The translations under genes were made by a program, and so were the position numbers. Shown here piece by piece: positions 1 through 8,125 of a DNA stretch of 52,615 bases (its first letter is position 1; each line of letters begins with the position of its first letter). The stretch is taken from contig CAZDTC010000001.1 in assembly GCA_964508125.1 (NCBI GenBank), positions 1 to 52,615 on the forward strand, in the 5' to 3' direction. Under the pieces are notes generated by a model. That model did no database searches and was not told where the DNA came from. It was given only the letters and a program-made list of their open reading frames with translations. This DNA is from an uncultured Candidatus Kuenenia sp. (lineage in GTDB: Bacteria > Planctomycetota > Planctomycetia > Pirellulales > UBA1268).

Positions 1-11
1 TGAGGTCCAAG

Positions 12-1769
12 GTGAAGCGGGGCATGGACGACGCCTTCCGCCGTGGCGACAACATTTCGCCGCCCGGCGTGGGCTATCGGCTCGTGGATCTGAAAGACGC
101 CCACGGCAACCTCGTGATCACCCACAAGAACACAATCGAGAAGGTCGTCGAGATCGACCCCGAAGCAGCCGACTGGACGCGACGGGGCGCCGAGATGATC
201 GCCTATGAAGGCAAGAGCGCCATCGATGTGGCACGCCTCTTCAACGAGCACAAGGTGGGCGGCAAGCAGACGTGGTCCGACAGCCGGGTCCGCCAGCACT
301 ACGCCCGCGAGCGGCTCGTCGGCAAGGACGTACTCCACAAGAGCAGGCAGACTACCGACCGCCAGACCGGCAAGAAGAAGGTGATCTACCTGCCGAAGTC
401 AGAGTGGATCTGGCGGGACGTGCCTCACCTGCGAATCCTCTCCGACGAGCTCGCGAACGCGGTGCTCGAGAAGCTGGGCCGGGGTGCGGAGTCCTTCGGC
501 CGCAAGGCGAAGAATCGCAAGAAGAAGGCTCACCGCGTGGACCTGTACCCAAAGGTGCTCGTCCGGCCAACCTGCGGTGGCTGCGGCAACCCGATGATCC
601 TCGGGCGTTCGGACGACAAGTACCAGAGCTTCTTCTGCTTCAACGCGAACAACGGGATTCAGGGCTGTACGAACCGCGGCTACAAGTCTGCGCGGATCAT
701 CGACGATGCGGTCCTCAGCAGAATCATGGCCACGCTCTTCACCGATGACTTTATCGCCGACCTGACGGCCGACGTGAACAAGCGGCTGGCCTGGATCGCC
801 CGGCAGCCGATTCCGTCGACCAAGAAGCTCGAGCAGGAAATCGCGAATGAGGACCGCCAACTGAAGCGGCTGACCGACAGGCTGGAAAAAGTGGACGACA
901 CCCACCTCGACGCCGTGATCGTGAAGGCTGAGGAGATGGGCCGGCAACTGGCCGCCAAGCGGGAGCGGCTCAAGGAGCTCCAGCGGGCCGGGCACCGGCC
1001 GAAGGTGAAGAGCGTTCGGGAGCAGGACGTCGTCGCCGCGCTCGGGAACCTTCGTGAACTTCTGCAGGGCGACGTCGGTGTCGCGGCCCAGATGCTCAAG
1101 GCCCTCGTGGGCGACGTCGTGGTCGAGGCCCGGAAGGTCGAGGGAAAGGCTCGGCCCGAGATGGTGGCCCGGTTCACGATCAACGCGATCCCGGCCATGG
1201 CCCTGCTGGCCCGCGGCCAGGCGCGGAAAACCGATGATCCAACGGTCACCATGTGGGAGTTCCTACATGGTGACCGTTGGACAATGCCCAGTCAGGAAGG
1301 ATTCCGCGGCCTCGAGGTCGCCGTTCCACTGCGAAAGCCGCCGAAATACGAGGTCATGCTGCCGCAGATCGTTGAGATGGCCGAGGCCGGGTCGGGCGTC
1401 GACCTGATCTCGCGGGCACTCGGGATCGGGGCGGAGGTCGTCCGCGACGCCCTCCACCTGCACCGCACCGGGAAGCGGCCGCCGGGTCGCGTCGATGGGC
1501 GCCGCCGCCGACCTCGCCAAGCCGGCCAGCCGTTCGTACCGAAGTATCAGAAGATGGCGGAGGAGGTCGACCGCCGCCGTAAGGCGGGCGAGGGGTTCGA
1601 CCGATTAGCCCGAGAGCTAAAGGTCAGCCGCAACACGGTCGTCCGCGCGTACGACTTCGCCAACCGCGATGAGGCCGCCGCCGCGGCGCGCGAGGGCAGG
1701 CAGCCGACTCGGCCTCCGTACAAGTGGAGCGAGGAGTCGCGCGCGGCTCGGCGAAAGAACCAAGGCTGA
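12..1769 (+). CDS. Large serine recombinase, C-terminal ~585 aa (5'-truncated by window edge)
   Basis: The frame is open back to base 3, so the GTG at 12 is not a real start. A recombinase-domain region is followed by the Cys-rich zinc ribbon 'RPTCGGCGNPM...FFCFNANNGIQGCTNRGY' and the coiled coil 'EQEIANEDRQLKRLTDRLEKVDD...RERLKELQR'. This is the standard C-terminal architecture of large serine recombinases. The catalytic resolvase domain would lie left of the window. Confidence 0.8.
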   Translation: MKRGMDDAFRRGDNISPPGVGYRLVDLKDAHGNLVITHKNTIEKVVEIDPEAADWTRRGAEMIAYEGKSAIDVARLFNEHKVGGKQTWSDSRVRQHYARERLVGKDVLHKSRQTTDRQTGKKKVIYLPKSEWIWRDVPHLRILSDELANAVLEKLGRGAESFGRKAKNRKKKAHRVDLYPKVLVRPTCGGCGNPMILGRSDDKYQSFFCFNANNGIQGCTNRGYKSARIIDDAVLSRIMATLFTDDFIADLTADVNKRLAWIARQPIPSTKKLEQEIANEDRQLKRLTDRLEKVDDTHLDAVIVKAEEMGRQLAAKRERLKELQRAGHRPKVKSVREQDVVAALGNLRELLQGDVGVAAQMLKALVGDVVVEARKVEGKARPEMVARFTINAIPAMALLARGQARKTDDPTVTMWEFLHGDRWTMPSQEGFRGLEVAVPLRKPPKYEVMLPQIVEMAEAGSGVDLISRALGIGAEVVRDALHLHRTGKRPPGRVDGRRRRPRQAGQPFVPKYQKMAEEVDRRRKAGEGFDRLARELKVSRNTVVRAYDFANRDEAAAAAREGRQPTRPPYKWSEESRAARRKNQG

Positions 1770-1951
1770 GTCGGGACAGGCAAACACTAATCGCCGCTTG
1801 GTCTTAGCCCCACGGACGCCCTGGTAACTGGCTTCCCGGAATGATCGCACTGCCCTGCCCGCCTACAGCTGCGGCCGTTGTGCACAAATACCAATGCCAT
1901 ACCGAGCGACGCATCTACAGCCGCATTTGTGATGTGCGGCTGGAGCGTTCC

Positions 1952-3478
1952 TTAGGCCGGGCTTGGGGTGGCAGTCGGCGTCGTGAACGCGCGGCGATAC
2001 GACCACCCATTGCGAAGGCGATTCTTTACGGTCGCATACTTGATCCCACTGGCCTTGGCCGCCGCTCGGATACTGTCGTACCGGAAGATCTTTCTGTCGT
2101 GGCGAAATTCAATCCTAGTCTTGTTTCGTCGGTTGCTGTCAGGCGGCGTGGTAAGTGCTCTTCTCACACTCCACCCCAGAACATCCAGTCGATAACTGAC
2201 GCAGGTCTCCGACAGCGAATACTCCTTGGCGGCTCTCCTGCGACTAGCGTAGCAATACAACTTGCCACGATAACGAAACCGCAGTGGCTTCGCCTTTGTG
2301 GTTGGAGAACCAAGATCCTGCAGGCCTGCCGCCTGCTCAGGGGTTTTGCCCATCCGAAGTCGCCGCCGGAACGTATCTGGATTGACCTCGTAGCATCTGG
2401 CGGCGGCGGACTCCGACGGGAATGTGGTTCCAGCAACCCTAATCGCTCTGCCACTTACAGCGGAGCACCCACCGCCGCCTCGTGACTTGTTAAGGCCAAC
2501 GGGAGCGAGGGTGTTTAGCAAGGCAATAAAATGCCTCTCGAACGCATCGAGCTCGTGTTGCGTGCCAGCGGTGGCGAGAACCTCGGTTCGAAATGAACCT
2601 GGTCCGTCACGTCTTATGAGGGCAGCCACCCGCGACTCCGTTCGCGTTGGCGCACGCAAGGCATCAATGCAGTGCCGAGCCCAACGCCGAGCGAAAGTCG
2701 TCACCGTTTGCCCGACGTACTTCTTGCCAGAGGGAGCATGGGTCAACAGGTACACAATCCCAAAAGATCGTTTGGTGTGCTTTGGGTGTGGCTCTAGGTC
2801 GAGAGCTTGTTCCAACGTCCAGCCCGCGTTTTGGTGACGGTCGTAGACCGTCTCATACGTCTTGTTGAAGTGCCTGCAGGCCGCCCTAAGGCTCCGAAAG
2901 TGCTGCGGTTCATCCGATGCCCGAACCGTAACAGCCCTTTTGTTTTCAGGGGGTGCAAGACCAACGGCAGCCTCCGGTGACTGACCAGACTGAATGCGAT
3001 GCCGAATGGTGTCGCCACTCATGCCGTAATGGGCGCCGACGGCACCATACCCGTGAAACGTGAGTTGTTGATCGCCGTCATGAACTGTGATCAGGGTTGA
3101 ATTATGCGTAGGAGGCCTCTTTGGAGGGTCAGTCAATCCGACCGCAGCCTCGATAGACCATCCGCGATCAACGGCCGCCCGTATCCGAGCCTCCGGGATG
3201 TTGAAATAGCGCCCCAGCCTCGCATAGCCCCGGAAGGTGCGACGGACGCCATCCACGACAAGCACGAAAGTCTTGGTGTTTGGCGGCTGAGGCCTTTCCG
3301 GAGGCGGATCTAAACTGACGGCCTGTCGGCTCGTCCATCCAAGCCGCAGACGATCTTTGATCTTTCCGCTTGGCACGTTGTATTCATTGGCAGCGGCCTG
3401 CCTGCTCTCAAAAACCCGCAACATGCCGCCATCCAATACGGAGAAAGATGTCTTCATGGGCCTAACGTCTACGCTCAC
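1952..3478 (-). CDS. GIY-YIG nuclease with seven flanking ~55-aa HTH-like (NUMOD/IENR-like) repeats
   Basis: The GIY-YIG core is at aa 239-332 (nt 2483-2764): 'FGIVYLLTHAPSGKKYVGQT', 'RRWARH', 'ELDAFERHFI', 'GLN'. Four N-terminal and three C-terminal repeats share the pattern '..G....F.S...AA.......T...R...GWS.E.A', e.g. 'IEFRHDRKIFRYDSIRAAAKASGIKYATVKNRLRNGWSYRRAFTTP'. Confidence 0.75.
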   Translation of the reverse strand: MSVDVRPMKTSFSVLDGGMLRVFESRQAAANEYNVPSGKIKDRLRLGWTSRQAVSLDPPPERPQPPNTKTFVLVVDGVRRTFRGYARLGRYFNIPEARIRAAVDRGWSIEAAVGLTDPPKRPPTHNSTLITVHDGDQQLTFHGYGAVGAHYGMSGDTIRHRIQSGQSPEAAVGLAPPENKRAVTVRASDEPQHFRSLRAACRHFNKTYETVYDRHQNAGWTLEQALDLEPHPKHTKRSFGIVYLLTHAPSGKKYVGQTVTTFARRWARHCIDALRAPTRTESRVAALIRRDGPGSFRTEVLATAGTQHELDAFERHFIALLNTLAPVGLNKSRGGGGCSAVSGRAIRVAGTTFPSESAAARCYEVNPDTFRRRLRMGKTPEQAAGLQDLGSPTTKAKPLRFRYRGKLYCYASRRRAAKEYSLSETCVSYRLDVLGWSVRRALTTPPDSNRRNKTRIEFRHDRKIFRYDSIRAAAKASGIKYATVKNRLRNGWSYRRAFTTPTATPSPA

Positions 3479-3866
3479 TTAGGTTGGCTTGTACTTGCTT
3501 TAACGCCGCCACTTCTTATCCAACTGCGGTGTACTTCCGATTCGGAAGGACCGTCACTCCGTCCAACGCCCAGGCCCACGCGGAGCGCGCCTTGAACTCA
3601 CGTACCAACAAGCCGCAACCGCAAGGATCAAGGAGACAACCAGTCCTAGGCCGAGCGAGTATGAAACCACGAAGACTGCCGTCATGGTGAAAGACGCGAT
3701 CATTGACGGACCGGACGGCCCGCGACACACGATGGCTTTTGGCATGAGTGACCGAATCTCCACAGGGAGGAACCGTCGTCGAAGTACGCCCGACTGACGA
3801 GGCCTCGCGGCCTCAGCAAACTCTGTACGCGGGGATCTGCCAGTTTGTGACCGAAACAACGGTCGC

Positions 3867-4316
3867 TCAGCGTCGGGCCCGCGCCGCTTCCCGCTGCCCC
3901 TGGACATCGAGGATCTCGGCAACCTCAAACACCGGAGGCATCGCCCCGAACCGCGGCCGCAGGCGGACGACGGGAACGAAATACCCAGCCCGTCCGTGAA
4001 TCTCGGCAATCACCAGGCAGGCGACGGGGGAGAGCGCTGGCGGCACGATCGCCAGCCTGCACGACTGCCACTGTTCCGATGTCAGTCCAGCGGCCTCGAC
4101 AAAGCCAGCCGCCTGCTCCGCGAACGGCCGGGCCAAATCGCAGTGGGTTGGAACCGCCAAGATGTGATCTACGCGCCAACCCGATAAGCGCTCACAAGCT
4201 GCCACCTGTGCTCTGGTGAGTGGATGGGCAAAATTAATGACCGTCACCTTGGGGGCTTCCCCGCCGCAACCGCGCAACGTCGGAATGTCGGCCCGGTTGA
4301 GTTCCATCTCAGCCAT
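3867..4316 (-). CDS. Small alpha/beta protein, possibly Csx15-like CRISPR-accessory family
   Basis: 'VINFAHPLTRAQV...LAIVPPALSPVACLVIAEIHGRAGYFVPVVRLRP...PPVFEVAEILDVQ' matches my recollection of Csx15-family proteins, which I cannot verify without a search. The start is set at an internal Met, because the ORF-track start at 4439 adds an Arg/Gly-rich extension. The gene is divergent from the CARF gene at 4681. Confidence 0.4.
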   Translation of the reverse strand: MAEMELNRADIPTLRGCGGEAPKVTVINFAHPLTRAQVAACERLSGWRVDHILAVPTHCDLARPFAEQAAGFVEAAGLTSEQWQSCRLAIVPPALSPVACLVIAEIHGRAGYFVPVVRLRPRFGAMPPVFEVAEILDVQGQREAARARR

Positions 4317-4680
4317 TCTCCAGCGAATCCCTGACTGCCTTTCCTCCACCAGCCTGGCGTGCCCTCCGCCGCCGCGTGCGTCGGTCTTGATGGACGCCCG
4401 AGCCAGAAAGATGCGTTGCATGGCCACGCCGGATCTCATGCGGCTTGCGACGTTTTGGCATCCTTAGGCAGTGGCGGTTCACGGCGACCATTCCAAAATC
4501 TGGTGACAGGTTGGAAATTGAGGCATCCTGTCCTTATTACGCATGGATCGACTCACACGTGACCAAACGGTCCCGGACTGCCGTTCTCATCGCATATAAA
4601 GAAGGGAATTTCCCTGACCGACGACGGGCCGTCACGTTTCGCCCAGTTCGTTCGTATCGTTTGCGAGGAATCTCCCATCC

Positions 4681-6150
4681 ATGAAAACCATCGTCTGCAC
4701 AACGGGCACCTCCATCGCCGCTGGCGTGCCAGAAGAAACTCGGAACCGCGGCGGCGAAGCATTTCGCGAAGCGATTCGCAAGCGGCTCGCTGGTCTTGCA
4801 TCTGGGCTGGCGTCTGGCGAGTTTCTCGAGCGTGCGAGCGCCGAATCCAACAGCGTCTGCCGGCTCGCTCCCGCGGCAGGCGACCGCGTGGTTCTGCTCT
4901 GCTCTGAAACCGATGAGGGGACGATCTGCGCGGAGGAGGTACAGCGTCTTCTGGCCAATCATCTTCACGTCGCCGCCGAGTGCCGGCGCATCGAGGGCCT
5001 GCAGGCTTCGGACGCAACACGCTTCCGCCGCGTCGGCGTGCAGAACCTGTTCGGAGAGCTCGATCGCCACTGCGGATCATCACGATCTGGCGGTGGCGAC
5101 TCCGTGTTTCTTAATGTAACCGGCGGCTTCAAGTCGGCCGTCCCTTACGTGACGCTTTACGGCCTTCTTCACCAGGTCCCCGTGGTATACATCTTCGAGC
5201 GAAGCGACCGGCTATTCACGCTTCCCCAGGCCCCGGTGCGATTCGACTACGATCGCCTCGCTCCGGCCGCTGAAGCGATCTTCACGCTCTACCGTGAGAC
5301 GGACATGCCCAAGGAGGAGTTCTTCAAGCGGATTTCAGGGCTTCCGTTCCACGAGCGGGCGATCTATGAACCGCTGCTCGACGAAGAAAACGGCCGCGTC
5401 ATGCTCTCCGCCTTCGGCTTGCTCCTCCACGAAGCACTGCAGCGGGATCGCGGCAACGTCTTCCTCTCCCCGAGTGCTGCCAAGGCATTCGAGGACGCCA
5501 CGGGCGACGCCCGCGACCAGCTCGCGTTCATGCTCGACCGGGTCGGTGACCCGCTGATGCGACGAGCGAAACGCCACTCATTCCACGGCACCGATCTCGA
5601 GGTCTACAAGCCGGGCAACACAGCACAGCGAATGGCCTACTTCATGCGCGGTGACGACGTGCACGTCTGCGAGCTCTATCCGACACACGACGAGGGCTAC
5701 GAGAAGATGTTGGCTACAAGGCGAGTCGCTGACTACGAAACCGCCCGGTTCGTGCCTTGGTCGCGGCCTGCGGAGTTGCCGCCCAGCCCATCGACCGACG
5801 AGCAATGGGCGAACGAGCAGGCCCGAAAGTTCTCGCGGCTACAGGACCGCTGTACGATGCTTGAGCGCCGGGCCGCAGAAGCCGAAGAGCAGGCCTTGCG
5901 CCTCGTTGAACTTGAGGACGAGATCGCCGCAGCCCGCGCCGAGGCTGCTTCAACGGAGGCGAGGTTTGCGGCAACCGATGCGGAACGGCTTACCCTCGCC
6001 GCGCAGGTCGAGCAGGGCCGTGCACGCGAGCAATCGCTCCGCGACGAGGCGATGTCGGCAATCGCGTCGGCAGACCGCGTTCGACGCTTTGCCTCGGAGG
6101 CCGGCTGGCTTGGGCGTCTACGGTTCCTGCTCAGCGGAAAGATGACATGA
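4681..6150 (+). CDS. CARF domain - RelE/ParE-like toxin domain - coiled-coil fusion protein
   Basis: The N-terminus 'MKTIVCTTGTSI', 'SAESNS' and 'FLNVTGGFKSAVPY' are hallmark CARF (APE2256/Csm6-type) motifs (aa 1-250). Residues 258-345 (nt 5452-5715), 'VFLSPSAAKAFEDATGDARDQLAFMLDRVGDP...LEVYKPGNTAQRMAYFMRGDDVHVCELYPTHDEGY', follow the RelE/ParE pattern. Residues 375-465 are heptad-rich and Ala/Glu/Arg-rich (coiled coil). An SD-like 'gaggaa' lies upstream. The stop overlaps the next ATG (ATGA at 6147-6150). Confidence 0.75.
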   Translation: MKTIVCTTGTSIAAGVPEETRNRGGEAFREAIRKRLAGLASGLASGEFLERASAESNSVCRLAPAAGDRVVLLCSETDEGTICAEEVQRLLANHLHVAAECRRIEGLQASDATRFRRVGVQNLFGELDRHCGSSRSGGGDSVFLNVTGGFKSAVPYVTLYGLLHQVPVVYIFERSDRLFTLPQAPVRFDYDRLAPAAEAIFTLYRETDMPKEEFFKRISGLPFHERAIYEPLLDEENGRVMLSAFGLLLHEALQRDRGNVFLSPSAAKAFEDATGDARDQLAFMLDRVGDPLMRRAKRHSFHGTDLEVYKPGNTAQRMAYFMRGDDVHVCELYPTHDEGYEKMLATRRVADYETARFVPWSRPAELPPSPSTDEQWANEQARKFSRLQDRCTMLERRAAEAEEQALRLVELEDEIAAARAEAASTEARFAATDAERLTLAAQVEQGRAREQSLRDEAMSAIASADRVRRFASEAGWLGRLRFLLSGKMT

Positions 6151-7001
6151 GCGAGAGGTCTCGCGTGATCCGCCGACGCAGAATGCCGGGGGTGGATTTC
6201 CATTCCTCCGGTGGGATATACCGAATCCACTTTTCGGAGAATCCGAAGATCGACGCCGCAACAGGATTGCGAATGAGTTTCGACTCGGAAGAAACCATCG
6301 AGTCTCGCATCGCCCGCTGGTTGGAGACCGGCGAGGGACAAGACGACGTTTTTCGAGCCGTCACCAAATTGATCGAGGCACGGCGCAGGTACTTTTCCGA
6401 ACTCTACGGCGAGCGAGTCACGACGGAAGCACTGGACGACGCTCCCGGGCGGGTGTTTCTAAAGATCCGGGCGGGCCGTTTCACCGCAGGAAGACCTTTT
6501 CGTCCATGGCTGAAGATCGTTCTAAGGAACCGGATTTTTGACATCCTGCGGCAGGAGGAGCGGCGAGCAGAGAAGTTTCCGATACATGACAAAGCCGAAA
6601 CCGTACGTGACGACGCCGATATCGACCGAACGATCAATGTCGCACAAGACGCTTTGCAGGCAGACCTGCTCGTTCGCGTGGTCGCCGAGCTCGAACGTCT
6701 TCTCAAGCCCGACAACCGACTCATTTTTGCCGTCGCTTCCGGACTTGCTGAGCACCTTGATCGGCCGGTGCTCGATCGTTGGTGTGCCGCCTGCAACTGC
6801 GGGCTGCCACTTCGCGAGGTCGTCGATGAGTTGCTGGAACTTCCAATCCACGGTCGGCTGAGCAGACTTGCCACTGCGTTTGGCCTCAAGCCGAATACCT
6901 GCATCAAACGTTTCCATCGGGCTGCGGAGGACCTTGCGAAATCTCCGCTCTTGAAGGACCTTCGGAATATTCTGGACGGAGCAGTCCCACCAGGCGCCTG
7001 A
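6147..7001 (+). CDS. ECF-type sigma-70 family factor (with ~65-aa N-terminal extension and insert in region 4)
   Basis: Region 2-like 'EALDDAPGRVFLKIRAGRFTAGRPFRPWLKIVLRNRIFDILRQEERR' aligns by eye to RpoE '[38 protein letters not shown]'. Region 4 HTH-like 'LSRLATAFGLKPNTCIKRFHRAAEDLAK' is also present. The gene is translationally coupled to the upstream CARF-RelE gene. Confidence 0.65.
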   Translation: MSERSRVIRRRRMPGVDFHSSGGIYRIHFSENPKIDAATGLRMSFDSEETIESRIARWLETGEGQDDVFRAVTKLIEARRRYFSELYGERVTTEALDDAPGRVFLKIRAGRFTAGRPFRPWLKIVLRNRIFDILRQEERRAEKFPIHDKAETVRDDADIDRTINVAQDALQADLLVRVVAELERLLKPDNRLIFAVASGLAEHLDRPVLDRWCAACNCGLPLREVVDELLELPIHGRLSRLATAFGLKPNTCIKRFHRAAEDLAKSPLLKDLRNILDGAVPPGA

Positions 7002-7095
7002 ACGAGGCCAGGCAGAACGCCTGTCACGAATCCACAGACTCCCGCGTAAACGAGCTAGATGGGTAACACGACGGAGTCACTTGCGAGACACTGCG

Positions 7096-8112
7096 ATGCA
7101 CGACGACACTTCCCTCATTCAGACACTGGCCCGACTCGGCCAGGCTGCGGCCGCTGACGCCGCGGCGGCCCGCGGCGTGCTTGCTGACCTGGGAAGGCGG
7201 GCCGCGTCTGGTGCGGAACCCCTCCACGTTGCCGCCGGCGCGGTGCCCGCCCTCCTTCAGGCGGGCCGCGTGATCGCGTCGGAAATCGCTCACGAAACCA
7301 AGCAGTTGTCGTCTCTCGACGACCGCTGGCATGCGGCGACATCGCAGGCCGAGGCCGACGCCATAGCGTCCGCCCCGCTCGCCGCGCGTCTGGAGGCAGG
7401 CTTCGCGCTTGAGGGCGTCGAGTCGCTGATCGAGACCACCGCCGGTGAAACCGGCCCGATCAAGGACGTGGCGCGCAACCTGGCCTCGGCCATTGTGGCC
7501 TACGATGCGTCGCTGCGTCGCAACCTCGACTGCCTCTGCACGCTTGCCGACGGCGATTCACTAATTGCGTGGCGGCGATCACTACCGCCGGGCATGGATT
7601 TTCCGTGGTGGCTCGACGGTACGCTCGAAGCACGGGCTTGTGCAAATGACAAGCATTCGGCGGCCCTTGCCGCGCGGCTTGCGAGTGCGTTTGCCGGACA
7701 ATCTGTCGCTGCCGCGCCCCGACTGGCAGCCTCGACAGTCGCGGCAGCGGCGATCGGCACTGCGGCAGGTTATTCCCTCGCGGCCGCGATACCGCCGGCT
7801 GCCGGCATCACGACGCACATCTGGCGTCATCCTTCGCGGCCCTTCGAGGCGGTGCTGTGGGTGCCGGCCAGGTTCGCCGACGACGCCGACCTGAGGATGG
7901 TGTTCCAGGCGACCGGCCCGGGGTTCGCGCCCCGCGATCTCGTGGGCGAGGTCGTGATGCTCGGCGGACTGCCTGCGGTCGTCCGGGAGGATGGCGAGGG
8001 TCCGGCCGCTCGCGTGGAAGCGACGTGGCCGGCGCACGCCGTGGCCGACTCCATCCGCAACACGGTCGCGTTGACAGACGGCCGCGGCGACAACTGGATT
8101 CCGGCGGAGTGA
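7096..8112 (+). CDS. Hypothetical Ala-rich protein (~338 aa); positional candidate for anti-sigma / protease substrate
   Basis: Long ORF in the operon between the sigma-factor gene and the Lon/CARF/palm gene, with no recognisable motif. The ATG at 7096 is preferred over the TTG at 7081. The functional label is inferred only from position. Confidence 0.5.
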   Translation: MHDDTSLIQTLARLGQAAAADAAAARGVLADLGRRAASGAEPLHVAAGAVPALLQAGRVIASEIAHETKQLSSLDDRWHAATSQAEADAIASAPLAARLEAGFALEGVESLIETTAGETGPIKDVARNLASAIVAYDASLRRNLDCLCTLADGDSLIAWRRSLPPGMDFPWWLDGTLEARACANDKHSAALAARLASAFAGQSVAAAPRLAASTVAAAAIGTAAGYSLAAAIPPAAGITTHIWRHPSRPFEAVLWVPARFADDADLRMVFQATGPGFAPRDLVGEVVMLGGLPAVVREDGEGPAARVEATWPAHAVADSIRNTVALTDGRGDNWIPAE

Positions 8113-8125
8113 CCCTTCCGCCTCA

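Noticed and set aside
3554-3745. Small hydrophobic ORF (about 49-63 aa, 'MIASFTMTAVFVVSYSLGLGLVVSLILAVAACW...') downstream of the Csx15-like gene
   Set aside because: It has a single TM-like stretch but no SD-like sequence, and it is embedded in a larger, obviously spurious ORF (3554-4009). Evidence for coding is insufficient.
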